A DNA stretch of 28,886 nt from Synechococcaceae cyanobacterium. GTDB lineage: Bacteria; Cyanobacteriota; Cyanobacteriia; PCC-6307; Cyanobiaceae. Shown piece by piece: positions 1 to 10,858 of the stretch; within the stretch, counting starts at the first letter, position 1; every line of letters begins with the position of its first letter. The position numbers and the translations under genes were made by a program. The DNA lies in NCBI GenBank assembly GCA_947488815.1, contig CANLCC010000027.1:1-28886 (forward strand), written 5' to 3'. The notes beneath the pieces were generated by a model. The model was not told the origin of the DNA and searched no databases. It saw only the letters and a program-made list of their open reading frames with translations.

Positions 1-553
1 CATCCGCTGGAACTCCGGTGCTGCCGTCTACAGCACCACCCAGGACAACGTTTCCAGCTTCCTCAAGTCCCCCACCTTCGAAGCCCCCGACCGCGGTCTG
101 ACCGATGGTCTGGCCCGCTCCGGCTGGTCCGCCAAGGAAGTTCAGGCTGGCCTCAAGAAGGACTACAACGTTGACGTCGTCGGCGTGTCCCGCTTCCTGT
201 ATTCCAAGGATGGCGTGAAGTTCCTGCAGGATCAGACCCGCAGCTACTTCCCCTACTGGGGCATGAAGAAGACCGCCGTCCAGGCTCTCCGCTCGGCGAT
301 CATCCTCGACGCCGTTGACGGCAAGATCTCTTCCGCCGGCATCATGAAGAACCTGCCGGTCGACTTCCGTCTGGCCGACACCTGCAACACCTATGACGGC
401 AAGCAGAACATCTGCGCCAAGGGCAAGTGCAAGGGCGACGCCCAGTGCACCTCCCTGCTGTCCTGGTATGTGTTCCTGCCCGCCTGCGTCCAGGCCAACC
501 AGATCGTCGACAAGGAGCCCGTCAAGCCCAGCCCCGTGCGTGGCCTCTGGTGA
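1..553 (+). CDS. 3' portion of an unidentified protein (C-terminal 184 aa, Cys-rich tail ...CAKGKCKGDAQC...); 5' end lies outside the window
   Basis: Open frame from position 2 runs uninterrupted to TGA at 551-553 with protein-like composition (not R/P/A-biased like the GC artefacts). The listed ORF 185..553 is its in-frame C-terminal part. Terminator immediately downstream. Confidence 0.6.
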   Translation, partial: IRWNSGAAVYSTTQDNVSSFLKSPTFEAPDRGLTDGLARSGWSAKEVQAGLKKDYNVDVVGVSRFLYSKDGVKFLQDQTRSYFPYWGMKKTAVQALRSAIILDAVDGKISSAGIMKNLPVDFRLADTCNTYDGKQNICAKGKCKGDAQCTSLLSWYVFLPACVQANQIVDKEPVKPSPVRGLW

Positions 554-592
554 TCCAGGGAGCTTCTCCCTCACCGGTTTCTGTTCGTTCTT

Positions 593-621
593 TCACCCCG
601 CTTCGGCGGGGTTTTTTATTG
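593..621 (+). terminator. Rho-independent terminator shared by convergent genes (hairpin CCCCGC-TTCG-GCGGGG followed by TTTTTTATT)
   Basis: Perfect 6-bp GC stem with GNRA-like tetraloop 596-611 followed by a T-run 612-620. The TAA stop of minus-strand rarA (618-616) is embedded in the T-tract. Confidence 0.6.
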
Positions 622-2823
622 GCAGCCATCTGACTGTCCTGGCTCCTGGCGCGCTGTGATCCGCCGGTGGAGCAGGGGTTGCTCGACCCGACTGCCCAGT
701 CGCTGCCGCCAGCGCTGTTCAAGCTCGACCAGCGCCGCCGCCGGGGCGGCAGGGCCGAGGCGCTGGCGGTATCGCGACGTCGGCCCGAACCAGCGCTCCA
801 GCAGCGCCTCGGTGATGGGCAAGGGCACCTGTTCCGTCCATTCCTCTTCTTGCACCCCCCAGCCCCGCCCTCGGAGGGTGGTGCCCATCGCCTCCCAGCC
901 GGCTGCGGCCCGCAGGCCTTCGCCCTCCAGCTCTGCCAGCGATCCGGTCGGGGCCAGCAAGCCGGCCGGCCCGGCGGCCGGACGGCTGAACAGCAGGTCC
1001 AGCCGTCCGGCAGGGATCAGCAGTGCCTCCACCGCCGACAGCCACCCCCCACGCTCGGCCTCGCTGAGGGTCACCGGCGGAGCCAGCACGTTGCGACCCA
1101 CCATCCGTTCGAACCGCTGGCCGGCCGGCAGCCTCGACGGCAGCAGGGCCAGGTCCCGCCCCGGTAGCTGGCAGACCAGGGGGGCGACCAGGTCATCGAG
1201 CACCCCCAGCTGCTCCCTGAGGCCGGTGGCGGTGCTTTCTTCCTCGACCTGCAGCACGGTGCCCCCCTCCGGACACCCGTCCAGGGCCGGCAGCGCCCAC
1301 AGCAGTGAGCGGCAGTCGAGCACCAGCACGCGCTGGTGTCGCTCCAGGGGGATCGTGGCCCAGAAGCGCTGCTGCAGGGCCTGCAACCGTTCCCCCTCCT
1401 GGGCCAGCTGGCGCCGCTGCCAGCGTTCGAGCAGGGGGTCGGCGGGGCCGCTGCTCAGGCTCTCCCCCTGTTCACTGGCCCACTCGGCCGCGGCGGCCAG
1501 CTGGGCGGCGCGCTGGCGGTGCAGCTGGCCCCGGCGGGTTCCTTCCCAGCCGAGGCGGCCGGGTTGCCAGAACACTTCTCCCTGCAGCCGGGCCGGCAGG
1601 TAGGCCTGGGCCACCCAGTGCTCGGCGTAGGCATGGGGGTAGCGGTAACCCTGGCCGTCACCGAAGGCATTGCCGTCCCGGTGGGCATCGCGCAGGTGGG
1701 ACGGCACGGCGCTTGTCTTCTCCTGACGCACGCGCCGCACCGCGTCGAAGAAGCCGAGGGTGCTGTTGCTCTTGTCGGTGGCGGCCAGGTACAGGGTCGC
1801 CTGGGCCAGCGGATACAGCCCTTCGGGCAGTCCCATGCGTTCGAAGGCGGCGGCACAGGCCTCAACGACGACGATCGCCTGGGGATCCGCCAGGCCGATG
1901 TCCTCGCCGGCGGCGATCAGCAGGCGCCGGAACAGGAAGCGGGGGTTCTCACCGGCCTCCACCATCCGCGCCAGCCAGAACAGGGCGGCATCGGCATCGC
2001 TGCCGCGGATCGACTTGATGAAGGCGCTGATGGTGTCGAAGTGGGCGTCACCCTGCTTGTCGTAGAGCACCGCCTGTTGCTGGATGGACTCCTCCGCCAC
2101 CGTCAGGTCGATGCGGATGACGCCGTCGTCATCGGCAGGCGTGGTGTCGACCGCCAGTTCCAGGGCGTTGAGCAGCGTGCGGGCATCCCCCCCGGCCACG
2201 GCCACCAGGTGGTCGCGGGCGGCGCCGTCGACCAGCACCCGGCGCTCGCCATAGCCGCGCTCCCGGTCTGTCAGGGCCCGCTCCAGCAGCTGCTGCAGAT
2301 CGGCGGCTTCGAGGGCCTGCAGGCGGAACAGCCTGGAACGGCTCAGCAGGGCCTTGTTGACTTCGAAGAACGGGTTCTCGGTGGTGGCGCCGATGAGCAC
2401 CACGGTGCCGTTCTCGACCCAGGGCAGCAGGGCATCCTGCTGGGCCGTGTTGAAGCGATGCACCTCATCGACGAACAGCACCGTGCGCAGACCGTGGCGA
2501 CCCAGGCGTTCGCGGGCCCCGTCGATCGCCTCCCGCAGCTCACGGATGCCCGCCAGCACGGCGTTGAGGCTGGTGAAGCGGCAGCGGGTGGTGTTGGCGA
2601 TGATCTGCGCCAGGGTCGTCTTGCCGGTGCCGGGGGGGCCATGGAGGATCAGGCTGCCGAGGCGGTCGGCGCTGATGGCCCGGCGCAGCAGCCGACCGGG
2701 CCCGAGAATCGCCTCCTGACCGACGAACTCGTCGAGGGTGCGGGGCCGCAGCCGTTCCGCCAGGGGGGCGAGCTGCTGACGCCTGGCGTCGGCCTGGTGC
2801 TCGAAGAGGTCCATGGTCGCCAT
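616..2823 (-). CDS. rarA: Recombination factor RarA/MgsA (AAA+ ATPase) with an approximately 300-aa C-terminal extension of unknown function (fusion protein, about 736 aa)
   Basis: Walker A LHGPPGTGKTTLA, Walker B VLFVDEVHRF, MgsA-type helical lid and C-domain (...AYLPARLQGEVFWQP...). Start MATMDLFEH at 2823; upstream in-frame extension to 4587 is a GC artefact because MFP genes occupy the plus strand there. Confidence 0.8.
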   Translation of the reverse strand: MATMDLFEHQADARRQQLAPLAERLRPRTLDEFVGQEAILGPGRLLRRAISADRLGSLILHGPPGTGKTTLAQIIANTTRCRFTSLNAVLAGIRELREAIDGARERLGRHGLRTVLFVDEVHRFNTAQQDALLPWVENGTVVLIGATTENPFFEVNKALLSRSRLFRLQALEAADLQQLLERALTDRERGYGERRVLVDGAARDHLVAVAGGDARTLLNALELAVDTTPADDDGVIRIDLTVAEESIQQQAVLYDKQGDAHFDTISAFIKSIRGSDADAALFWLARMVEAGENPRFLFRRLLIAAGEDIGLADPQAIVVVEACAAAFERMGLPEGLYPLAQATLYLAATDKSNSTLGFFDAVRRVRQEKTSAVPSHLRDAHRDGNAFGDGQGYRYPHAYAEHWVAQAYLPARLQGEVFWQPGRLGWEGTRRGQLHRQRAAQLAAAAEWASEQGESLSSGPADPLLERWQRRQLAQEGERLQALQQRFWATIPLERHQRVLVLDCRSLLWALPALDGCPEGGTVLQVEEESTATGLREQLGVLDDLVAPLVCQLPGRDLALLPSRLPAGQRFERMVGRNVLAPPVTLSEAERGGWLSAVEALLIPAGRLDLLFSRPAAGPAGLLAPTGSLAELEGEGLRAAAGWEAMGTTLRGRGWGVQEEEWTEQVPLPITEALLERWFGPTSRYRQRLGPAAPAAALVELEQRWRQRLGSRVEQPLLHRRITARQEPGQSDGCQ

Positions 2824-2877
2824 GCTGGCGTCTCCGCCCCGGCCCCGGCACCCTGGGGGTCCCCCTGGTCTTGTTCC
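2824..2877. promoter_or_regulatory. 54-nt divergent intergenic region between rarA and the efflux operon (divergent promoters)
   Basis: Only non-coding gap between the two oppositely oriented start codons. No promoter boxes confidently recognised. Confidence 0.3.
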
Positions 2878-4035
2878 GTGCGCCGCCCCGCGCTCCTGCT
2901 GCTGGCCGTCCTGCCTGTGCTGGCCGCCTGCCGTCCGCGGACGGCGGAGCCCCCGCCGCGGGTGCCGCGGGTGGCGACGACGGCCCTGGCCCCGCGGCCC
3001 TTCAGTGACCGCCGGGAGGTGGTCTCCACCCTGGAAGCCGTGGATGACGTGCGCCTGGCCGCCACCTCGGCAGGCCGGGTGGATGCCCTGCCGATTCGGG
3101 AGGGGGACGTGGTTCCCGCCGGGGCATTGCTGCTGCGCCTGCGGGTGCAGGAGCGCCAGGCCGACGTCGGTCAGGTGCAGGGCCAGGTGGCGGCGGCCGA
3201 GGCGCGGGTGGTGGAGGAGCAGGCCAAGTTGGCCCGGGACCGGGCCAACTACCAGCGCTATCGCTACCTGCAGGGCCAGGGGGCCGCCAGCCAGCAGGAC
3301 CTGGACACCTATCGCACCCAGGCGATCGCCCAGGAAGCCCAGCTCAAGGCCAGTGAGGATGGTGTCCGTTCGGCGAGGGCCCAGCTGGCGGCGGCATCTG
3401 AACGGCTGCAGGATCGCCTGGTGCGGGCTCCCTTCGCTGGCCAGATCAGTGATCTGCGCGTGAAACCCGGAGATGTGCTGCGGGAGGGCGACCCGTTCAC
3501 GCGACTGCTGCGCAACGACCGGTTGCTCAGCCGCATCACCCTGCCATCGACCCTGGCGGACCGTGTGCAGCCGGGCCAGACCGTGACCCTGGCCGATCCG
3601 GTCAGCGGTCGGGTGCTGGCCACCGGAGCGCTCAGCTTCATCGACCCCACCGTTGACCCTGCCAGCCAGTCCCTGCTCGTGAAGGCTGAGGTGGGAAATC
3701 CGGAGGGGCGGCTGCGCAACGGGCAGCGGGTGCGGGCCTGGCTGGAATTCGGCCGCCGCGAGGCCCTGGCGGTGCCGTTCCAGGCCGTCACCCAGAGCGC
3801 CGGCCAGAGTTTCGTATACACCGTCGGACGTGGAGCAGGCGGTCGCCCCCAGGCCCTGAAGGTGCCGGTGCGGCTCGGCCCCCTGCAGGACGGCTGCTAC
3901 CCGCTGCTTGACGGTCTGCAGGCCGGCGACACCCTGATCACCAGCAACCTGCTCAACCTGCGGCACCGTGCCCCGGTGAAACCCCAGGCCGGGCCGCCGG
4001 TGCGTTGCCTTGACCCATCGGGGCCCACCCCCTAG
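2878..4035 (+). CDS. RND efflux membrane fusion protein / periplasmic adaptor subunit (HlyD/AcrA family) lipoprotein, copy 1
   Basis: GTG start then signal peptide with lipobox LAAC, coiled-coil (QAKLARDRANYQRYRYL...), beta-barrel/MP-proximal domains typical of AcrA-like adaptors. Only the C-terminal part of listed ORF 1336..4035 is real. Confidence 0.75.
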   Translation: MRRPALLLLAVLPVLAACRPRTAEPPPRVPRVATTALAPRPFSDRREVVSTLEAVDDVRLAATSAGRVDALPIREGDVVPAGALLLRLRVQERQADVGQVQGQVAAAEARVVEEQAKLARDRANYQRYRYLQGQGAASQQDLDTYRTQAIAQEAQLKASEDGVRSARAQLAAASERLQDRLVRAPFAGQISDLRVKPGDVLREGDPFTRLLRNDRLLSRITLPSTLADRVQPGQTVTLADPVSGRVLATGALSFIDPTVDPASQSLLVKAEVGNPEGRLRNGQRVRAWLEFGRREALAVPFQAVTQSAGQSFVYTVGRGAGGRPQALKVPVRLGPLQDGCYPLLDGLQAGDTLITSNLLNLRHRAPVKPQAGPPVRCLDPSGPTP

Positions 4036-4047
4036 GTTGCCAGCCTT

Positions 4048-5160
4048 GTGCGGGTGGTCGTGCCAAGCCCCTCTGCCCACCGTCACCTGCCCGCCCAGGC
4101 TGCTCTGCTCGTCGGGGCTCTGCTGCTGTCTGGCGGCTGTGCCCGTCGCCCGCCGATGGCGGCGGCCCCCGCCCCCAGCTTTGCCCTGGCGAGTCCCCAG
4201 AGCCGCCCTTTTCAGGATGAGGCGGTGTACCAGAGCACCCTGGAGGCCATCCGCAACGTCAACCTGTCGGCCGAGATCAGCGGCCGCATCGTCGCCATGG
4301 CCATGCAGGAGGGGCAGACGGTCCGGCCAGGGGAGCTGCTGTTCCGGCTGGATCAGGTGCAGCAGCAAGCCCAGGTCAATGCCACCGCCGCCGAAGCCCG
4401 CAAGGACCTCGTCAACGCAGAGCGATACATCTTTCTGAACAATGAGGGTGCGGTCTCCACCAAGGACCGCGACTATTACGTCACCCAGGCCATTCAGAGT
4501 GCCGACAAGCTGCGCGCCGATAAGGCCACCCTGGGATACAAGAATGTGCTGGCGCCCATCGGTGGACAGATCGGCAGCCTGCTTCACAAGCAGGGTGATG
4601 TTGTCAACCAGGGCGAGAAGATCGTCAATCTGATCGATAACAGTCAGCTCTGGCTGAGGCTGGATGTGCCGGCTGATCTTTCCAGCCGCATGCGTCTGGG
4701 GCTGCCGGTGCTGCTGCAGTCGCCCGACCGCTCACGCACCCTGGCCCAGGGCCGTGTCACCTTCCTGGGGCCGGCCATTGACCCCCAGAGCCAGACCCTG
4801 CTGGCGAAGGCCACCTTCGACAACCCCGACGGCAGCCTGCGCCACAACCAGCGGGTGAGCGCGATTCTGCAGTTCTCCAGCGGTGAGAACCTGGCGATCC
4901 CCGAGGGAGCCGTGTTTCTGCAGGCCGGCCAGAGCTTCGTCTTCCGGGCGGTGTCGGCCGCTGAGGCGCGCCGTGCCCTGGGGCGCCCCCTGCAGCCCGA
5001 GCCCCCGGCGGGTGCTCTGGTGGCCCTGCAGGTGCCCGTCACCGTGGGGGTTCCCCAGAACGGTCTCTACCCCGTCAGCCAGGGTCTGACCGCCCAGGAC
5101 CGGGTGGTGCTGGGCAACCTGGCCCAGCTGCGCAGTGGCATGGGGATCCGGACCCGATGA
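4048..5160 (+). CDS. RND efflux membrane fusion protein (AcrA/HlyD family) lipoprotein, copy 2 (paralog of copy 1)
   Basis: GTG start, lipobox LSGGC, same domain order and many identical motifs to copy 1 (e.g. DPxSQxLLxKAxxxNPxGxLRxxQRV). ATGA overlap with the downstream RND permease. Confidence 0.75.
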   Translation: MRVVVPSPSAHRHLPAQAALLVGALLLSGGCARRPPMAAAPAPSFALASPQSRPFQDEAVYQSTLEAIRNVNLSAEISGRIVAMAMQEGQTVRPGELLFRLDQVQQQAQVNATAAEARKDLVNAERYIFLNNEGAVSTKDRDYYVTQAIQSADKLRADKATLGYKNVLAPIGGQIGSLLHKQGDVVNQGEKIVNLIDNSQLWLRLDVPADLSSRMRLGLPVLLQSPDRSRTLAQGRVTFLGPAIDPQSQTLLAKATFDNPDGSLRHNQRVSAILQFSSGENLAIPEGAVFLQAGQSFVFRAVSAAEARRALGRPLQPEPPAGALVALQVPVTVGVPQNGLYPVSQGLTAQDRVVLGNLAQLRSGMGIRTR

Positions 5161-8100
5161 GCCTTTCGGACACCTTCATCCGCCGTCCGGTGCTCAGCAC
5201 CGTGTGCAGCATCCTCATCCTGCTGGCAGGGGTGATCGCTGTACCGCTGCTGCCGATTGAGTACTTGCCCAACATTGCGCCACCCACGATTCAGGTGAAC
5301 GCCAGCCTTCCCGGGGCCGATGCGCTCACCGTGGAGAGTGCGGTCACCGGACCGCTGGAGGAGCAGATCAATGGCGCTCCCGGCATGGACTACATCACCT
5401 CCTTCAGCACCAGTGAGGGGGTGAGCCAGATCAATGTCTATTTCACGGCAGACACGGATCCGGCCATTGATCAGGTCAATGTGCTGAATCGGGTGCAGAC
5501 TGCCAGCCCCCAGTTGCCCCAGCAGGTCAATGCCCAGGGGGTGACAGTGCAGCAGACCGCCAGCAGTTACCTTCTTGTCTACAACCTCACCTCCAATGAT
5601 GGTCAGTTTGATCGCAATTATCTGAACGGTCTGTATCAGCTCAACCTGGCCTATCCCCTCAGTCGGGCTGAAGGTGTGGGTCAGGTCAATGTGTTCGGCA
5701 GTAGCAATCCGGCCTATCGAATCTGGGTCGATCCGCTCAAACTGGCGCGCTTCAACCTGACTGTTTCGGATGTCACCAACGCTTTGCGTTCCCAGAATCG
5801 CATCGTCGTCGGTGGCACCATCGGCGGACCTCCCCAGGCCCCCTCCAATCGCACCACCTTTCCGATCCTGGTCGAAGGGAACCTGACCTCAGTTCAGGAA
5901 TTCGAAGATCTGATCCTCTCGCGCGGTGCGGCCACCGACAAGGGGCCTTCGGGAGGGTTAATCAGGCTTGGTGACGTGGGTCGTGCCGAGTATGCGTTCC
6001 AGAACTTCAACCAGTCAGCCATCGGCACCATTCAAGGGCATCCTTCAGTGGGATTCGGTGTGATTCAGCTGCCAGGCAGCAATGCCATCACCACTGCGAC
6101 GGCGGTCAATGAGGTGCTCAAGCAGTTCGAGGCCACCCTCCCGCCCGGGGTGGTGCTGGAGAAGGTGTTTGATCAGACCGACTTCATCCACGCCTCGATC
6201 GAAGGAGCCGTGGATGCGCTCCGTGATGCGGTGGTGCTCGTGCTGCTGATCATCTTTCTGTTCCTTCAGGACTGGAAGGCCACGGCGGTGCCAGCCCTGG
6301 CTCTGCCGATTGCCCTGTTGGGGGCCCTGGTGTTCGTCAAGGTGTTCGGATTCTCGATCAATGAACTCACCTTGCTTGGCATCATCCTGGCCACCGGCCT
6401 GGTGGTCGATGACGCCATCGTGGTTGTTGAGGCGGTGTCGGCGCGCATCGAGGCCGGGGACCGGCCATTCGCCGCCGCATCCAACGCGATGAAAGAACTC
6501 ACCGGCGCCATTCTCGCCACTGCCCTTGTGCTGCTGGCGGTGTTCATCCCGGTGACCTTCTTCCCAGGGCCAACCGGCGTGATTTATCGCCAGTTCGCCC
6601 TCACGATCGTTTTCTCGATCATTGTCTCCACGTTCAACGCCATCACCGGCAAGCCCCTGCAGGCGGCCCTGCTGCTCGGCGGTGGCAAGGCCGATCCGAG
6701 GGGATTGATCTGGACCCTCATCGGGGGTCTGTTCGGGGCGGGTTACGGCTGGTTGTTCGGCGGTCTGCCCTGGTGCATAGGCTTCGGTGTCCTTGGGGCC
6801 GTGGTCGGCACTTTCCTTGGGCCGATCTTCGCTGCCTTCAACGCTGCTTTTGAGAGGCTTTCTCGGGGCTATGCCGCGCTGCTGGCGGCCGCCATTCGCC
6901 TGCGCCGGCTGCTGGTGGCGGTGCTTCTGGGGGGGGTGGTGCTCACGGGGGTGGCGTTCCTGTCGGTGCCCAGCGGGTTTGTGCCCACCGAAGACCAGGG
7001 CTATGGCCTCGGCATCATTCAGTTGCCTCCCCAGGCCTCCCTCGAGGCCACCATGGCGGTGGCGGATCAGGCCCGTCGCATCGTCGCCAAGGAGCCGGAG
7101 GTGGTTAGCGGCGAGATGATCGGCGGGGCCGGTTTCAATGGGGGTTCCCTGAACCAGGGCCTGTTCTTCTTCGGCCTCAAGCCCATCGGTGAACGCACCA
7201 GCCCAGACCAGAACGCGAACCGCATCATCCGCCGTCTCAATCAGGCGTTCCAGCAGATCCAGGGCGCCAAGGTGCTGGCGATGCCGCCCGCGGCCGTGCC
7301 CGGCTTCAGCCCCCAGGGGGGCCTCTCGTTCCAGTTCAATGACCTCAGCAATGGTGGCTACACCCCCACCGATCTGGCACGCCTGGCCAACCAGGTGATT
7401 CAGCGCGCCCTGGCCAGCGGTGAGTTCTTCAATCTCTACACCCAGTTCGTCAGCGATGCACCGGTGTGGCGCCTTGAGCCTGACCGCGATCGTATGGCCT
7501 CACTGAACATTGATTTCGGTACGGCCATGGATGTGCTGGGTACACTGAACGGCGGCAGTTTTGTGAATCAGACCTACGAGAGTGGCCAGTATCGGCAGGT
7601 CTATGTGCAGGCGGAGGGCGACCGGCGCTCCATCGTGCAGGACCTTAATAACCTTTATGTCCCAACCGTTTCCGGTCAGCAGGTGCCGCTGGCGAATGTG
7701 ATCCAGGTGAAGCTCGACAGCGCTCCGCCGATCATCAGCCACTACGACCTCTACCGCACGGTGCTCATCCAGGGGGTTGAGGGCCTGGGCAAGAGCAGTG
7801 GCCAGGCGATTGATGCCTTGTTGAACAGCTTTCAGCAGCTTCAGTTCAGCAACATCGGTCAGGCGTGGTCGGCCCTGAGCCGCTCTGAGGTGGCGGCAGG
7901 GTCCCTGGCTGCCCTGGTGTTCGCCCTCGGCCTCGTGGTGGTCTATCTGGTGTTGTCGGCCCAGTACGGCAGCTACATCGACCCCTTGGTCATTCTGATG
8001 ACCGTGCCCCTGGCCATGCTCGGCGCCCTCGTGTTTCTCGTGAGCATGGGACAGGTGAACAATGTCTATGCCCAGGTGGGTCTGGTGACTCTCATCGGCC

Positions 8101-8438
8101 TGGCGGCCAAGAACGGCATTCTCATCGTTGACCTGGCCAACCAGCGCATGGAGGCCGGTCTTTCCGCGAGCGAGGCCGTCCGCGGCGCTGCCGAATCACG
8201 GCTTCGTCCGATTCTGATGACGGCTTCGGCGGCCCTCGCCGGTTTCTTTCCGCTGGTGGTGGCCAGTGGTGCCAGCGCCCTGGCCCAGCGCAGCATCGGT
8301 TCGGTGATCTTCGGTGGGCTGCTGGTGGCCACGGTGCTCAGCCTGTTCGTGGTGCCTTCCTTCTATGTCCTCATGAAGAACCTCGAGGCCAGCTGGTTCC
8401 CTGCCAGCGGCAACGAAGACCCCCTGCCGGAGGGTTGA
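5157..8438 (+). CDS. RND multidrug efflux permease, HAE1/AcrB-AcrD-AcrF family (1093 aa)
   Basis: N-terminus MSLSDTFIRRPVLSTV like AcrB MPNFFIDRPIFAWV. 12-TM architecture with two large periplasmic loops. Conserved VVDDAIVVVE and C-terminal GLxxKNxILIV-type motifs. Confidence 0.9.
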   Translation: MSLSDTFIRRPVLSTVCSILILLAGVIAVPLLPIEYLPNIAPPTIQVNASLPGADALTVESAVTGPLEEQINGAPGMDYITSFSTSEGVSQINVYFTADTDPAIDQVNVLNRVQTASPQLPQQVNAQGVTVQQTASSYLLVYNLTSNDGQFDRNYLNGLYQLNLAYPLSRAEGVGQVNVFGSSNPAYRIWVDPLKLARFNLTVSDVTNALRSQNRIVVGGTIGGPPQAPSNRTTFPILVEGNLTSVQEFEDLILSRGAATDKGPSGGLIRLGDVGRAEYAFQNFNQSAIGTIQGHPSVGFGVIQLPGSNAITTATAVNEVLKQFEATLPPGVVLEKVFDQTDFIHASIEGAVDALRDAVVLVLLIIFLFLQDWKATAVPALALPIALLGALVFVKVFGFSINELTLLGIILATGLVVDDAIVVVEAVSARIEAGDRPFAAASNAMKELTGAILATALVLLAVFIPVTFFPGPTGVIYRQFALTIVFSIIVSTFNAITGKPLQAALLLGGGKADPRGLIWTLIGGLFGAGYGWLFGGLPWCIGFGVLGAVVGTFLGPIFAAFNAAFERLSRGYAALLAAAIRLRRLLVAVLLGGVVLTGVAFLSVPSGFVPTEDQGYGLGIIQLPPQASLEATMAVADQARRIVAKEPEVVSGEMIGGAGFNGGSLNQGLFFFGLKPIGERTSPDQNANRIIRRLNQAFQQIQGAKVLAMPPAAVPGFSPQGGLSFQFNDLSNGGYTPTDLARLANQVIQRALASGEFFNLYTQFVSDAPVWRLEPDRDRMASLNIDFGTAMDVLGTLNGGSFVNQTYESGQYRQVYVQAEGDRRSIVQDLNNLYVPTVSGQQVPLANVIQVKLDSAPPIISHYDLYRTVLIQGVEGLGKSSGQAIDALLNSFQQLQFSNIGQAWSALSRSEVAAGSLAALVFALGLVVVYLVLSAQYGSYIDPLVILMTVPLAMLGALVFLVSMGQVNNVYAQVGLVTLIGLAAKNGILIVDLANQRMEAGLSASEAVRGAAESRLRPILMTASAALAGFFPLVVASGASALAQRSIGSVIFGGLLVATVLSLFVVPSFYVLMKNLEASWFPASGNEDPLPEG

Positions 8439-8441
8439 GCC

Positions 8442-10455
<2,014 letters not shown>

Positions 10456-10498
10456 TCATGGTCCCTAAGGTCATGGAAGATCATTCGAAACCTGAGCG

Positions 10499-10858
10499 AT
10501 GGCGCCTGCGCTGCTCCTGCGGGGGGTCGCCCTCGGTGTTCTGGTCGTGCTGGCCCCTGTCGTCGGTCGGTCGGCGCCGGCGCTGCCCTTCCCCCAGGCC
10601 ATCGAGATCTCCCGGGGGGCTGCCAATGCCGTGCTGCGGCAGACGGGCTCCGAGAACTGCCTGCGGGGCAAGCTCACCAATGCCATGGTCACCCTGTCCG
10701 ACAGCTGCGACGCCAGTGGCCGCCAGGATCCCCTCTGCCGTCTGGCGGATCAGGTGGTGATGGAAACCTCGAATCTCACCATGGCTGTGATGGAAGACAC
10801 CGCCCAGAAGTTGCTGAGCCTCACGGCCGCTTCTGACCGCCAGGGGGCTGGGCGCTAG
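10499..10858 (+). CDS. Hypothetical small secreted/periplasmic protein (119 aa, signal peptide, 3 Cys)
   Basis: ATG followed by hydrophobic signal LLLRGVALGVLVVLAPVVGRSA. Balanced amino-acid composition, unlike the overlapping R/P-rich ORF 10458..10760. Confidence 0.45.
   Translation: MAPALLLRGVALGVLVVLAPVVGRSAPALPFPQAIEISRGAANAVLRQTGSENCLRGKLTNAMVTLSDSCDASGRQDPLCRLADQVVMETSNLTMAVMEDTAQKLLSLTAASDRQGAGR

Noticed and set aside
1336-4035. 899-aa plus-strand ORF
   Set aside because: N-terminal 1.5 kb is antisense to rarA with artefact composition. The real gene begins at the GTG preceding the lipoprotein signal (2878).
616-4587. 1323-aa minus-strand ORF
   Set aside because: Only 616..2823 (RarA fusion) is coding. 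The upstream 1.7 kb is antisense to the two membrane-fusion-protein genes and is A/G/R/P-rich high-GC read-through without stops.
10458-10760. 100-aa plus ORF
   Set aside because: Arg/Pro/Ser/Cys-rich artefact in a different frame from the signal-peptide-bearing ORF 10499..10858.
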